From NCBI RefSeq assembly GCF_902713615.1, contig NW_024055487.1, positions 62,001-126,000 on the forward strand: a stretch of 64,000 nucleotides of DNA, given 5' to 3'. The stretch is from Scyliorhinus canicula. Its lineage: Eukaryota. Positions 23,235-35,740 of the stretch are shown here, in pieces. The translations under genes and the position numbers were made by a program. Below the pieces are notes generated by a model. It was not told the DNA's origin. It made no database searches and worked only from the letters and a program-made list of their open reading frames with translations. How positions within the stretch are numbered: the stretch's first letter is position 1; each line of letters begins with the position of its first letter.

Positions 23235-24802
23235 TCTCGCAATGATAGACGGACACAACTACTCAGCCTGTGAGGGTCACAGGCTCATTAATACAACATC
23301 AAAATCAAACACAACACTCAATACGAACAAGTGAGCAGGAACTGAATACTTATATTCGTTAATTTATAACTTGCATTTGTACTGAAATGAATTTCACAAG
23401 TTAATTTATGGTTCGTTAACTCACACTTAGTCTGTTTATGATCTTTCCATTTCTGGCTGAATTATTGTGTGAACCTTTTCCATCTCAGTTCTCCCCTTCT
23501 AGGACCCTTTGATCAAAGTCGATACACAGAGTCTGGATAACTGGTGTATTTTATTGGTTCACAGACATTTGTAGAAAATTGGCACATTTCATGAGGCAGT
23601 GGTTGCAGACTTTATAACAAACGCCAAGGTCAGAGTCCCTCCAATATTAATTCTCCTTTCGATGTCTGTTTAATGTTTTCTGACACAATTCACAAACATG
23701 TTTTTCCGTCCTACAATAACCAGACCAGCAAACCCATTCCTAACCCCGTCTGGAAATATGCAGCGATTCTTCTTATAAGGTACTGACTGTATCCCAGCTC
23801 GGATTGTTCCCATTCACTGACGGGCAGTTCCCCACCTACAGGTCTTAAACCGTCATTGGAGACGCAAGAAAGTGAAGTGAGAAAATGCTGAGAAAGACAA
23901 CCGATTCTTGGTGGTGCGGAATAGAAGGTGTTGCTTCGAACTTCAACCTTTACAAATCAGAGGGCGACAATGCAGCCACCCAGTATCTGGGTTGTATGGG
24001 GCTGGTGCGGGCGGGGCATTTCGGAAAGTAATTGTGGAACAAACACATTTCATCGCATTTGAAATCATGGTTTCAATCGGAATTTTAAACATATGATTAT
24101 TTCCTGTTTCAGCGTGTATTTCTGATCTGAGTGATGAGAATTCTGTTTCTCGGCTACTGCCGTCTGATGTTAAGACAGAAGAAGAAGTTGCTGTTTTTAG
24201 TTTAACCTTTGATGCTGTCTTCTTGAACCGCTGCAGTCCGTGTGGGGTTCAGGAGAAAGTTTCAGTCTTTCACTTGTGCTGTGTTACTCATGTCAGCAGA
24301 CAAGCAGCGAGGCAAAAAACATACAGCAACAGCACCGCTCAGGCAGCCAAACTTCTCTCTGTATCTCTGGGTGGAGAAAGTGGCTCTGAATAGTTACTCA
24401 GGAGCAGGATTCACAGACTGAGTTCATGGTGGACAACAGTCCCACTCCCGTACTTTGTACTGTGTCTTAGAGCTCCTGTCTGTTGGAGTTCGACAGAATC
24501 TCGGGCAGATGCAGACATGATGTGGAGCCATCGAGCAGCGGCGATGTCAGCCACACAAACCCACACCGGGGCGGGGGAGGGGACCACATTGATCTCGAAT
24601 GAAACTAACCCACCTGTTACCAGCAGCGGCAGTAAGAATAAACTTCAGAATCCGATCAGACCGACAGATCCGTTATCAAAGCAGTCTTCAGGGTAACCCA
24701 GCATTGCTATTCCTGATCAGCTGTTAATTCTCTGAATCTCAGGGCTGGATGTTCAGATCAGCTCCGGGAAAAGATGTTTCTTACCTTTCAACCAGTCCCA
24801 CT

Positions 24803-24902
24803 AACGTCACTCGGTTTACAGACTTACGTCACTAAAACTACACGGAAACATCACACATGTCCTCAGTCTGACTCCACATAGGCGGTGCTCTGCGCATGCG
24901 CA
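24803..24902. promoter_or_regulatory. Putative V promoter: two CRE/decamer-like sites and an NRF1 palindrome
   Basis: ACGTCACT at 24804 and 24826; TGCGCATGCGCA at 24891-24902; 200-300 bp upstream of ATG 25103. Confidence 0.5.
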
Positions 24903-25102
24903 TTCTCCAACCCACACCCACCAATGCTGAATCTCCTTCACAGCTTCACTTTGTGACCACAAGTCCCAGAGGCCCGGCTCGGGCGGGCACGGCGCAGTTG
25001 GTGTTAGACTCAGTTTGATGGACAACAGCGCTGCCTTCGCAGCATTGTCTCTGGTCCTGAAAACTATCGAGAGCTACAGAACACAGATCGATAGGATCCA
25101 AC

Positions 25103-25608
25103 ATGAAGCGGAGATTCACTTTAGTGATTATCTCCCTGAATATCTTACTCTTCACTCCGTGTGAGTGTGATCACTGTATCTGGCAGGAATATGTCACACA
25201 TCAGACATGTCATGTTATAGGGACATACAGTTTCTTTTATTGTATATCTTTTTATGTCATGTTGTAGGTGATTGTGCTATATCATATTCTCGCCTTCTGT
25301 GTGATATTAAATTATTCATGTTATTTTACATCTCAGATGCCGCTGGCAGTGACGAGTTATCGCAGTCTCCAGAGTCAATGGTGGTTCCCGAGGGAGACAT
25401 TGCATCCTTGGCCTGTTCCACCACAGTAGCAGGAATGATCCTACAATGGTACAGAAAATACCCGGATGGAACCGTGCAGCACCTGGCGAGCGGTACCAGT
25501 GCTCAGGGCCGGATCACAGCTCGGTTCATTTCAGCAGACAAACACAGCGTTCTGAATGTTAGTGACGTTCGAGTGACAGACACCGCCACCTATCTCTGTG
25601 CAGTGAGG
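25103..25608 (+). CDS. TCR alpha/delta V segment (leader 25103-25160, V exon 25337-25608)
   Basis: MKRRFTLVIISLNILLFTP; DELSQSPES...LAC...LQWYRKYP...DTATYLCAVR; canonical RSS CACAGTG 25609, 23-nt spacer, ACAAAAACC 25639-25647. Confidence 0.95.
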
Positions 25609-25879
25609 CACAGTGAACTGAAAACCATTCAACGCCGTACAAAAACCCGCCGGGTCATTCTGAAAGTGTGTAGCCTGTGCAGTTATCCGAGGGCAGACAT
25701 TTTAGTAACACTTCCATGGATATGCTGCAATGAGTGAGGTCTGTTCGTGATTTGCGTTTACACTTTCATATCAGAAAAGAAGGGTCAGAACCCATTTAAA
25801 TTCATTTTATTTCTTTAGAAGTCACAACCAGAGAGCACGGGTCCCATGGTGCATCATCCAGTACTTAATATGCAAGAGC

Positions 25880-26100
25880 CCCGCCAGTATTATTAGAAAC
25901 ATGTCTGACTGAATCTCTCAGTGATTGGGAATGGAATGAGTTAGAGATTGAGAGGAGCGAGGGAACCCAGGCTCTGTTCAGCTCAATGTCCCACCCAGAC
26001 ACAGCACGGGAGCCAGGCCCACTGTGACATCACTGAACATACGTCTGGCTTTGGTCTCATGTGACTTTCTATCATGCTTGAACTTTGCGCCCTCTGCTGG
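25880..26100 (+). promoter_or_regulatory. Duplicated upstream module with AGTGATGTCA decamer and CTCF motif (both on minus strand)
   Basis: TGACATCACT near 26025-26034; GCGCCCTCTGCTGG 26087-26100; paralogs at 36130-36345 and 56370-56590 (minus). Confidence 0.55.
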
Positions 26101-26389
26101 TGGATTCTGTTCAATCCGGTTCACAATGGGGGTTACTGAATGGATTTAAGGTTCATTGATTTATATGTGAAAACATCGATGTCAGGAATGAGAACTGACT
26201 ATCCAAATCTGGATTCATCTCATTACTTCTTTCTCTGGTGCTATCTGTCGGAAGGCAGGTCCAATCCATTGCAAAGTCACTGGGAGGCAGGCCGCAACCA
26301 CCCCAGAGCTGGAACAGGAATTCAGACGTTTCGGCTTTCCAATCTCCTGAGCTACACTCAACCGTCGTTCGCACACAGCATGAAAATCG

Positions 26390-27215
26390 TCGGTGTGCTA
26401 AATAGCGAGGAGGAATGGTATAGATTGCAGGATGATATTGACGGAAGGGCGAGATGGGCAGAACAGTGGCAAACGGAATTGAACCCTGATGCATTTTGGG
26501 AGGACGAACTTTGCAACAAAACACACAATGAATGGCAGAACGCCAAGAAGTACAGAGGCAAGAGGGACCTTGGTGTTCATGCCCACAGGTCCCCCAGTCT
26601 ACTGGACAAGTAGATAAGGTGGTGAAGAAGACATACAGGATACTTGCCTTTATTAGCTGAGACATGGAATATAAGAGCAGGGAGGTAATTATGGAGCCGT
26701 ATAAAATGCTGGTGAGTCATCAGCTGAAGTATTTTGTGCACATCTGCTCGCCACCTTACGGAAAGGATGTGATTATAGCAGAGAGGGTGCAGACGAGATT
26801 AATCCGGAGGTTTTCTGGGCAGGAATGTTTCAGCTCTGAGGAGAGGCTGGATAGGCTGGGATATTGTCCTTAAAGCAGAGAATACCGAGGAGGACCTAAT
26901 CGAGGGGTTCAAAAAATAAACCTTTCCATTAGCAGAGGGGTCAACAACGAGGGGGCGTAGATTTATGGTATGAAGCAGACGATTTAGAGGGAATTTGAGA
27001 GCGGTTAGAACCTGGAACTCATTGCCGATAAGGCTAGCCGAGCCGGAAACTCTCACAACAATAAAGAAGCGTTTAGATGAGGATTTGAAACGCCATTCTA
27101 TGCAAGGCGACGGCCAAGTGTCAGAAATTGGTTTAGACTAGCTAGGTACTTGATGGCCGGGGCAAACACGATGTGTCAAAGGGCCACTTCTTTGCCGTAA
27201 AGCTCTACGGCTAAG
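26390..27215 (+). mobile_element. Degenerate CR1-like LINE 3' fragment
   Basis: RDLGV..., KKTYRILAFIS...EYKSREV, KDVIIAERVQ.R remnants. Confidence 0.75.
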
Positions 27216-27659
27216 GAGCCAGAGGCACGAAGCTGCCGATGACGCCACAAGGCCACCTCTCCTTAGGTCAAAGAAAGTAAAGGAGAGACTGTACTGAGTT
27301 GCTGAAACGTAAGTGGATCTGTAAATGAAGATGACACGGAGCTGTTTCCACGAGCAGATCCCTGGATAGTACAAAGATGGAGGAGAAATAAAGCCCAGGA
27401 AAGTCCCATTCATTATGTCTTCTGCGATTTGCTGAACTGCAGAAGAGGTGTCTTAATAAAGGAAGAAAATTCAACAATAACTTTAAGAAGGAAATGTAAA
27501 GGCAATTACCCGGCTATGTAGAAAATGCTATTTTTGAAGGAAGAATAAGATAACCATTTCAAAGTGTCTCGGGCAATATAGATCCTGTTGCCTCATCCCT
27601 GACTCGAAGATTGTAGATTCGAGTCCGTCATGTCCTTTCCAATATATTTCTTCTCAGTG

Positions 27660-27960
27660 CCTTGCACAGTGAGCAGGTGCGGGTGGTCACAGTGCAGTGA
27701 AGATTGAACCGTCGCTATTTCCGCTCCATCAGTTCCGGGTGCAGCTGAGAGTCACCGCACACTTCGCTCAATACTGAAACTGCGGTACCCCGCCCACAGC
27801 TTCCGGTTGCTGCTGTCACTCTGATCCAATTGTGTTATTGGAGAGATTGCTGCTGCTTGTTCTTTCCATTCATTGGCCGGATCACCAGTGCAGTGTGATG
27901 GGGATCTGTATTTCTGTCTCTGACAGAGGATTGATCTCATTGCAGAGTTACAAACTCAAG
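27660..27960 (+). promoter_or_regulatory. Conserved V-family promoter block (E-box CAGGTG, CCAAT boxes)
   Basis: Homologous blocks at 36985-37288, 44265-44530 and 55190-55510 (minus). Confidence 0.55.
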
Positions 27961-27967
27961 GAGGATC

Positions 27968-28472
27968 ATGAGGAACCATCTCGCTTCGCTCCTTGTCATT
28001 ATCTCACTTCTCAGTAAGTATTTCCTTCCCAGTAACACTCCATTCTCTTCCTGAATGCCGTAACCCTGATTTTATTGTTGGTAAAATGACAAAGATTATT
28101 TTGCTGATGATCGTATTGCTGAATGCGATGCTAACTCTGATTGTCATTATTGTTGTTACTTCTGTTAGAATGGAGCCATCAGGACACCGTGGAACAAAGG
28201 GAACCTGAAATAACGGTTAAAGAGGAAAGGAATGTCACAATAACCTGCAACTTGAAAACAAGCGATCCTAACCCTTATGTGTACTGGTACAGTCAGCAAC
28301 CCGGGAAAGCTCCAAAGTATATGTTTCTTCTTATTGGACAGACTGTGCAAAGGAACACCGACCTCAATGATCGGTTTTCTTCTACGTTTGATAAAAAAGA
28401 CAAGACTACCGAGCTAACGATCAGCAACACAATGATCTCCGACAGCGCCGTGTATTTCTGTGCCATGAAGCC
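27968..28472 (+). CDS. TCR alpha/delta V segment (leader 27968-28013, V exon 28169-28472)
   Basis: MRNHLASLLVIISLL; WSHQDTVEQ...ITC...VYWYSQQP...DSAVYFCAMK; RSS CACACTG 28473, 23-nt spacer, ACAAAAACC 28503-28511. Confidence 0.95.
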
Positions 28473-28536
28473 CACACTGCTACAGAGATACAGTGGACCC
28501 GTACAAAAACCCCACACTGGCAGTTCCAGCTGCTGC

Positions 28537-28550
28537 TCAGCAGGGTGCGC
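28537..28550 (+). promoter_or_regulatory. CTCF-like motif downstream of RSS
   Basis: TCAGCAGGGTGCGC, same 25-bp offset and homologous linker as the site at 23221. Confidence 0.5.
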
Positions 28551-28904
28551 GTCCTCATGGGCAGTTCAGTTTACACAGTGAGTGACAAACATTGTAGCAA
28601 AACATCTCAAAAATAGCAAGAGGTGAGGTCCACTTGCACAGTTAAACCAGTTTACTATTGCAACTTGCATTCATAACAGATGTAAGATTGACGAATCGAC
28701 CTGTCATTCCTTAAATCCTGCTTCTTGTTCATATCTTGATGTACAGACTCACTCACTCAGTAAACTATCAGGTCTCACGGGACAATAGCAAATACAACAA
28801 TTTAAATTAATGTTGAGCTTTTCACATCATTACATGTCCAAAGGAGTTTCGGAGGAGCATTTAGGTCAAATGATCAAAAACCTGCTCAAAGAGTTTGGTT
28901 ATTT

Positions 28905-29325
28905 AGGGCGGCACAGTGGCTAGCACTGCAGCCTCACAGCGCCAGGGACCCGGATTCTACTCTGGCCTTGGACGAGCTCGTGGCGTTTGCACGTTGTCCC
29001 CGGGCCTGTGATGGTTTCCTCCGTGTTCCGCGGTTTCCTCTCACAACCCAAAAATATGCAGAATAGGGCAGCACGGTGGCCTAGTGGTTAGCATAACCGC
29101 CTCACGGCGCTGAGGTCCCAGGTTCGATCCCGGCTCTGGGTCACTGTCCGTGTGGAGTTTGCACATTCTCCCCGTGTCTGCGTGGGTTTCGCCCCCACAA
29201 CCCAAAAATGTGCAGAGTAGGTGGATTGGCCTCGTTAAATTGCCCCTTAATAGAAAAAATAATTGGGTAATCTAAATTTATAAAAAAAAAAAAAAAAAAT
29301 ATGCAGAATAGGTGGATTAGATAGA
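28905..29325 (+). mobile_element. V-SINE containing a younger nested V-SINE (29066-29299)
   Basis: AAAATATGCAGAATAGG duplicated at 29051-29067 and 29296-29312. Confidence 0.85.
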
Positions 29326-29329
29326 TTTA

Positions 29330-29850
29330 ATAAACCTGAATCAGGCCCCCCTTCAGCCTTCTCTGCTCTGAGGGAAACAACCCTAAGCTAATCAGCCTGT
29401 CTTCATGGCAGAAACACTCCATCCCCGGCAACATCCTGGGGAATCTCCACTGCATCCTCTTTCGAGCAATCAAATCCTTCCGATAGTTTGGCGACCAGAA
29501 CTGCACACAGGGATCCAGCCGTTGCCTAACCAGCGTTTCTGCAGCTTCATCATAACCTCCCTGCTCTTATGTTCAACGGAAAATAAACGCAAATATTTCA
29601 TAAGACTTTCTTAACCACCGTATTTACCTGTCCTGCTGCTTTCAGGGGTCCATGGATACGCACCCCAGGTCCCTCTGGTTACTGTAATTCCGAGCGGCCT
29701 ATCTTTCATTATATATTCCCTTGCCTTTCTAGCCCTCCCAAATTGCATCACCTCGCAATTTTCAGAGTCAATTTGCCACTGTTTTAAGGTTTTCCTCCTC
29801 ACTATTTACCACATCAACAATGTTCTCGGAATCTGCGAACTTACTGATTA
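29330..29850 (-). mobile_element. Degenerate CR1-like LINE fragment
   Basis: ENCEVMQFGR, RDLG-like and post-RT remnants. Confidence 0.6.
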
Positions 29851-30752
29851 TACCTCTACCAGCGCCCCTGGGTTACACGGAATGTGGAGCTGAGGCCATG
29901 GTCACCTTCGTCATGATGTCACTGAATTGTGGAGTAGACCCGAGTGGCCGATTGACCAACTCCCTGCTCCCAAGTCGGATGCTCATATGGCAATGAAAAG
30001 ACCCTGCATTTTACAGAGTCAGTGTTTGTTACTGAGGGAGGTACAATCGTTGAGCTGAGCCCCCACACCAACAGGCCGTATCCTTCAATGGTGCGGCGAT
30101 CCCAATACTGCAGCCGGCTCACGGTACTTGCTGTCCCAACATTATCACATCTAGCTTTATTGCAGCAGAGAAATGCATTCCTCTGATTGCCAGCGACACG
30201 CCAGTGAAAGACAAGGCCAGTAAAATTGGGCAGCCAATACCTGGACATAAATATGTACGCATAAATCCTGGAAGTTTGTCACTCGCGGAATTATTATAGC
30301 GCGAGGAATGTTACAGCACTCAGAATCCCAGATACACAGAACCACCAGTTCAGATGAGGCCTTCCGGTCAATCGAGTCTGAACCAACACGTGAAAAATAC
30401 AGGACTAACTACAGGACCTCATTTGTCAGCACGTGTTCCATAGCCTTGAATGTGAAGACGTGCCATGTGTTCAGCCAGGTACTATTTAATGGATGTGAAG
30501 CACACGGCCTCTACCACCCTCCCACCTAGTTTACTCCAGACAGTCACCATCCGCTGGCTAAATAAGATTTTCCTCAAATCCCCATAACCTCCTGCCCCTC
30601 ACCTTGAACTTGTGTTCCCCCGTAACTGACCCTTCAACTAAGGGGAACTGCTGCTCCCTATCCACCCTGCCATGACCCTCGTAATCTTGTACACCCAAGA
30701 CTATGCAACTTCTCTTCATAACATAAATGTTCCATCCCAGGCAACATAAGAC

Positions 30753-33700
30753 CATAAGACGATAAGACATAGGAGCAGAAGTAAGGCCATTCGGCCCATC
30801 GAGTCCACTCCACCATTCAATCATGGTTGATTTCAACTCCATTTACCCGCTCTCTCCCCATAGCCCTTAATTCCTCGAGAAATCAAGAATTTATCAATTT
30901 TTGTCTTAAAGACACTCAATGTCCCGGCCTCCACTGCCCTCTGTGGCAATGAATTCCACAGACCTACCACTCTCTGGCTGAAGAAATTTCTCCTCATCTC
31001 TGTTCTAAAGTGACTCCCTTTTATTCTAAGGCTGTGCCCCCGCGTCCTAGTCTCCCCTGCTAATGGAAACAACTTCCCTACGTCCATCCTATCCAAGCCA
31101 TTCATTATCTTGTAAGTTTCTATTAGATCTCCCCTCAACCTCCTAAACTCCAATGAATATAATCCCACGATCCTCAGACGTTCATCGTATGTTAAGCCTA
31201 CCATTCCTGGGATCATTCGTGTGAATCTCCGCTGGACCCGCTCCAGTGCCAGTATGTCCTTCCTGAGGTATGGGGCCCAAAATTGCTCACAGTATTCTAA
31301 ATGGGGCCTAACTAGTGCTTTATAAAGCCTCAGAAGTACATCCCTGCTTTTATATTCCAAGCCTCTTGAGATAAATGACAACATTACATTTGCTTTCTTA
31401 ATTACGGACTCAACCTGCAAGTTTACCTTTAGAGAATCCTGGACTAGGACTCCCAAGTCCCTTTGCACTTTAGCATTATGAATTTGTCACCGTTTAGAAA
31501 ATAGTCCATGCCTCTATTCTTTTTTCCAAAGTGCAAGACCTCGCACTTGCCCACGTTGAATTTCATCAGCCACTTCTTGGACCATTCTCCTAAACTGTCT
31601 AAATCTTTCTGCAGCCTCCCCACGTCCTCAATACTACCTGCCCCTCCACCTATCTTTGTATCATCGGCAAACTTGGCCTGAATGCCCCAGTCCCGTCATC
31701 TAGATCGTTAATATATAAAGAGAACAGCTGTGGCCCCAACACTGAACCCTGCGGGACACCACTTGTCACCGGTTTGCCATTCCGAAAAAGAACCTTTTAT
31801 CCCAACTCTCTGCCTTCTGTCTGACAGCCAATCGTCAATCCATGTTAGTACCTTGCCTCGAATACCATGGGCCCTTATTTTACTCAGCAGTCTCCCGTGA
31901 GGCACCTTGTCAAAGGCCTTTTGGAAGTCAAGATAGATAACATCCATTGGCTCTCCTTGGTCTAACCTATTTGTTATCTCTTCAAAGAACTCTAACAGGT
32001 TTGTCAGGCACGACCTCCCCTTACTAAATCCATGCTGACTTGTTCTAATCCGACCCTGCACTTCCAAGAATTTAGAAATCTCATCCTTAACGATGGATTC
32101 TAGAATTTTGCCAACAACCGAGGTTAGGCTAATTGGCCTATAATTTTCCATCTTTTTTCTTGTTCCCTTCTTGAACAGGGGGGTTACAACAGCGATTTTC
32201 CAATCCTCTGGGACTTTCCCTGATTCCAGTGACTTTTGAAAGATCATAACTAACGCCTCCTCTATTTCTTCAGCTATCTCCTTTAGAACTCTAGGATGTA
32301 GCCCATCTGGGCCCGGAGATTTATCAATTTTCAGACCTTTTAGTTTCTCTAGCACCTTCTCCTTTGTGATGGCAACCATATTCAACTCTGCCCCCTGACT
32401 TTCCTGAATTGTTGGGATATTTCTCATGTCTTCTACTGTGAAGACTGACGCAAAGTACTTATTAAGTTCCTCAGCTATTTCCTTGTCTCCCATCACTAGA
32501 TTACCAGCTTCATTTTGGAGCGGCCCAATGTCTACTTTTGCCTCCCGTTTGTTTTTAATGTATTTAAAGAAACTTTTACTATCATTCCTAATGTTACTGG
32601 CTAGCCTACCTTCATATTTGATCCTCTCCTTCCTTATTTCTCTCTTTGTTATCCTCTGTTTGGTTTTGTAGCCTTCCCAATCTTCTGACTTCCCACTACT
32701 CTTTGCCACATTATAGGCTCTCTCTTTTGCCTTGATGCATTCCCTGACTTCCTTTGTCAGCCATGGCTGCCTAATCCTCCCTCTGATAACCTTTCTTTTC
32801 TTTGGGATGAACCTCTGCACTGTGTCCTCAATTACTCCCAGAAACTCCTGCCATTGCTGTTCTACTGTCTTTCCCACTAGGCTCTGCTTCCAGTCCATTT
32901 TCGTCAGTTTCTCCCTCATGCGCCTGTAATTACCTTTATTTAACTAAAACCTTTACATCTGATTCTACCTTCCTTCTTTCAAATTGCAGACTGAATTCTA
33001 CCATATTATGATCACTGCTTCCTAAGTGTTCCCTTACTTTAAGATCTTTTATCAATTCTGGCTCATTACATAACACTAAGTCCAGAATAGCCTGTTCCCT
33101 CGTGGGCTCCATCACAAGCTGTTCCAAAAAGCCATCCTGTAAACATTCAATGAATTCCCTTTCTTTGGGTCCACTGGCAACATTATTTACCCAGTCCACC
33201 TGCATATTGAAGTCCCCCATGATCACTGTGACCTTGCCTTTCTGACATGCCCTTTCTATTTCGTGGTGCATTTTGTGCCCCTGGTCCTGACCACTGTCAG
33301 GAGGCCTGTACATAACTCCCATTATGGTTTTTTGCCTTTGTGGTTCCTCAACTCTACCCACACAGACTCCACACCGTCTGACCCTATGTCGTTTAGTGCT
33401 ATTGATTTAATTTCATTTCTAATTAACAAGGCAACCCCGCCCCCTCTACCCACCTCTCTGTCTTTTCGATAGGTTCTAAATTCCTGGATGTTTAACTGCC
33501 AGTCCTGAACCCCCTGCAACCATGTCTCTGTGATGCCTACCACATCATACCTGCCAGTCACAATCTGGGCCACAAGCTCATCTACCTTGTTCCGTACACT
33601 GCGGGCATTTAAATATAGCACCTTTAATTCCCTATTGACTGTCCCTTTTTGTTTTCTTAGTGTGGTGGACCTTGGTTTACTGAGCCTTTCCATACACTGT

Positions 33701-33900
33701 GTCATATTTTGTGAGATGGGGACTATCGTAACCTCTCCTGAGCTCTGTCTTTTCGTGATTTTTTGTAATCCTAAACAGCTACGCTTCCCACTGATTCCTT
33801 CACCTCTTGGTTCCCTGACTTTCCCTTCCCCCCCAATCTCTAGTTTAAAGTCCTATTGACCACCCTATTTACTCTTTTCGCCAGAACACTGGTCCCAGCT
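30753..33900 (-). mobile_element. CR1-like LINE with near-complete but frameshifted ORF2
   Basis: EN (YLNARS, GITETW, MGDFN) 32936-33705; RT (KSPGPDG, NYRPISLTS, YLDFQKAFDKV) 31708-32919; C-terminus 30833-31468; (CTTAT)n-type tail near 30753. Confidence 0.93.
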
Positions 33901-34072
33901 CGGTTCAGGTGGATCGTGGCGAATCTCCTCTGCACCCCCTCCAGTGCAATCACATCCTCCTATAATGTGGCGCCCAGAACTGTACAGTACTCCAGCTGCG
34001 GTCTCACGCCAGTTCTGTACAACTCCAACATGATCTCCCTGTTTTTATAATCCATGTCTCTATTGTCCCTGC

Positions 34073-34215
34073 AAGCACAGGAGTGGTACAGTGGTTAGCA
34101 CTGCTGCCTCACAGCGCCAGGGACCCGGGTTCACTCCCGGCCGTGAGTGTGCAGTTTGCACTTTCTGTCCATGTCTGCGAGGGTTTCCTCCGGCTGCTCA
34201 AGTTTTTTTAAAGAC
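34073..34215 (+). mobile_element. V-SINE 5' fragment
   Basis: GTGGTTAGCACTGCTGCCTCACAGCGCCAGGGACCCGGGTTC. Confidence 0.7.
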
Positions 34216-34284
34216 CTTATCAGAGTTACAAAGCTAGAGCTCAGAGTGTGGACAGGGGCAAACCCCTAATGCAGCTCCATGCCT

Positions 34285-34680
34285 GCTCCAAAAAACAATT
34301 CAAATTGAATCCAATTCATGGCCCCCAGAAGAGAGACAAACCAGATCCAGGCATCACACCTGACCTCACGCTCATCTCAGCAAAAAGGCGAGAAGCGATT
34401 TCCTCCCACCGTTCAAAGATGTGTCGGAAATCTGGATTGACCTTGCTAAATTGCCCCTTAGCGCCCCTTCGTCTCAATTGGACGAAGCCTGTCCCTGATC
34501 TGCGTGGGAATCCAACATAAAACATGTCGTGTCAACAGAAACTTCTGGTATTTTCGATCGACAACTTGATTTCTATTAAAGTATAAACCTGGCACCATGT
34601 GCTTCCCATGTCCCAGACTGATAGTAATTCTCATGTTGTTCAGCGGTTATTGTACATAATAATAATCTGTATTAGTGTCA
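34285..34680 (-). repeat. Dispersed duplicate of 13895-14270
   Basis: Reverse-complement match; near-identical predicted ORFs in both places. Confidence 0.8.
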
Positions 34681-34953
34681 CAATTAGGCTTACATGAAGT
34701 TACGGTGAAAATCCCCCAGTCACCACATTCCGAAGCCTGTTCGGGTACACAGAGGGGAGTCAGAATGTCCAAATTACCTAACAACATGTCTTTTTGCGAC
34801 ATGTGGGAGGAAACCGGAACACCCTGGGGAAACCCACGCAGACACTGGGAGAATGTGCAGACTCCACACAGACAGTGACTCAAGCCGGGAATCGAACCCG
34901 GATTCCTGGAGCTGTGAGGCAGCAATACAAACCACTGAGCCACAGTGCCGCCC
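34680..34953 (-). mobile_element. V-SINE with second-family 3' end
   Basis: V-SINE head and body followed by AACAGGCTTCGGAATGTGG...TTTCACCGTAACTTC. Confidence 0.7.
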
Positions 34954-35411
34954 ATTAAGTACCTTGCACATTTAGTACCGCAGCAGACATTGATCCATTC
35001 TGCATTTCGTTATAGGAACGGGTAACGAGAAGTCTTTGTCCTTGGACTCATCTGCGAGAGCAGGCCATGATTTTCGTCCATCTTAACTCCTCATTCGCGT
35101 GGCTCCCTCTGCTGGTAGGTCGATATTCGGTTTTAAAGATACAATAAAATGTGCGGTATAATAGACAATAATAAGATGATAAGGCCATTAGACATAGGAG
35201 CAGAATAGGCCACTTGGCCCATCGAGTGCGCTTCGCCATTCAATCATGGCTGATATTTTCAGCCAAAGCTCTCAAGATTTCCCAAACTATTCCTCTGTCG
35301 ATCTACACAAGGACAGAAAAATGTCCGGTAAATAGACATGATTGCTTGCCTGAGCCCGGGATCAATTCCTTCTCGGAAAGGAACCTCAGTGATGCTGTAA
35401 ACACTCACTCA

Positions 35412-35740
35412 GCGTTGTGTACGGGGCTTTTCTCTAACGCTGTTTCTCAGTGCGCAGTAAGAGACCTCCCTGTCCTCCTCATCGAATGCGCTGATACTGA
35501 GGTAACCGTTCTGTTTAGATTTGTCAGCAAACGCCAGATATCGTCCTGAACCCACATCTCTCTTCATTGCTGAGGTGTTGGTGATAATCCATCACGGTGG
35601 CTGTGCCGGTTTCTCCTGATATCATTGCATTTTGTACATGTTGGGGCCTTTATATTGGCAATTTAACTTCACCGGACCCACTTCTGGGACAGTTATTGTC
35701 ACTGGTGACTGAGCTACTGGATTGCACATAGCCGGCTTGC
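35412..35740 (-). pseudogene. TCR V pseudogene (same family as 11612 V)
   Basis: PVAQSPVTITV...KLNCQY...MQ*YQEKPAQPP*WII...SGRYLAFADKSKQNGYL...SYCALR; heptamer AACAGCG, 17-nt spacer. Confidence 0.85.

Noticed and set aside
24300-24660. Degenerate leader-like sequence (CTGGTAACAG/GTGGGT) and faint V-like words on the minus strand
   Set aside because: In-frame stop in the leader and no recognisable Cys, Trp or RSS pattern; too weak to call
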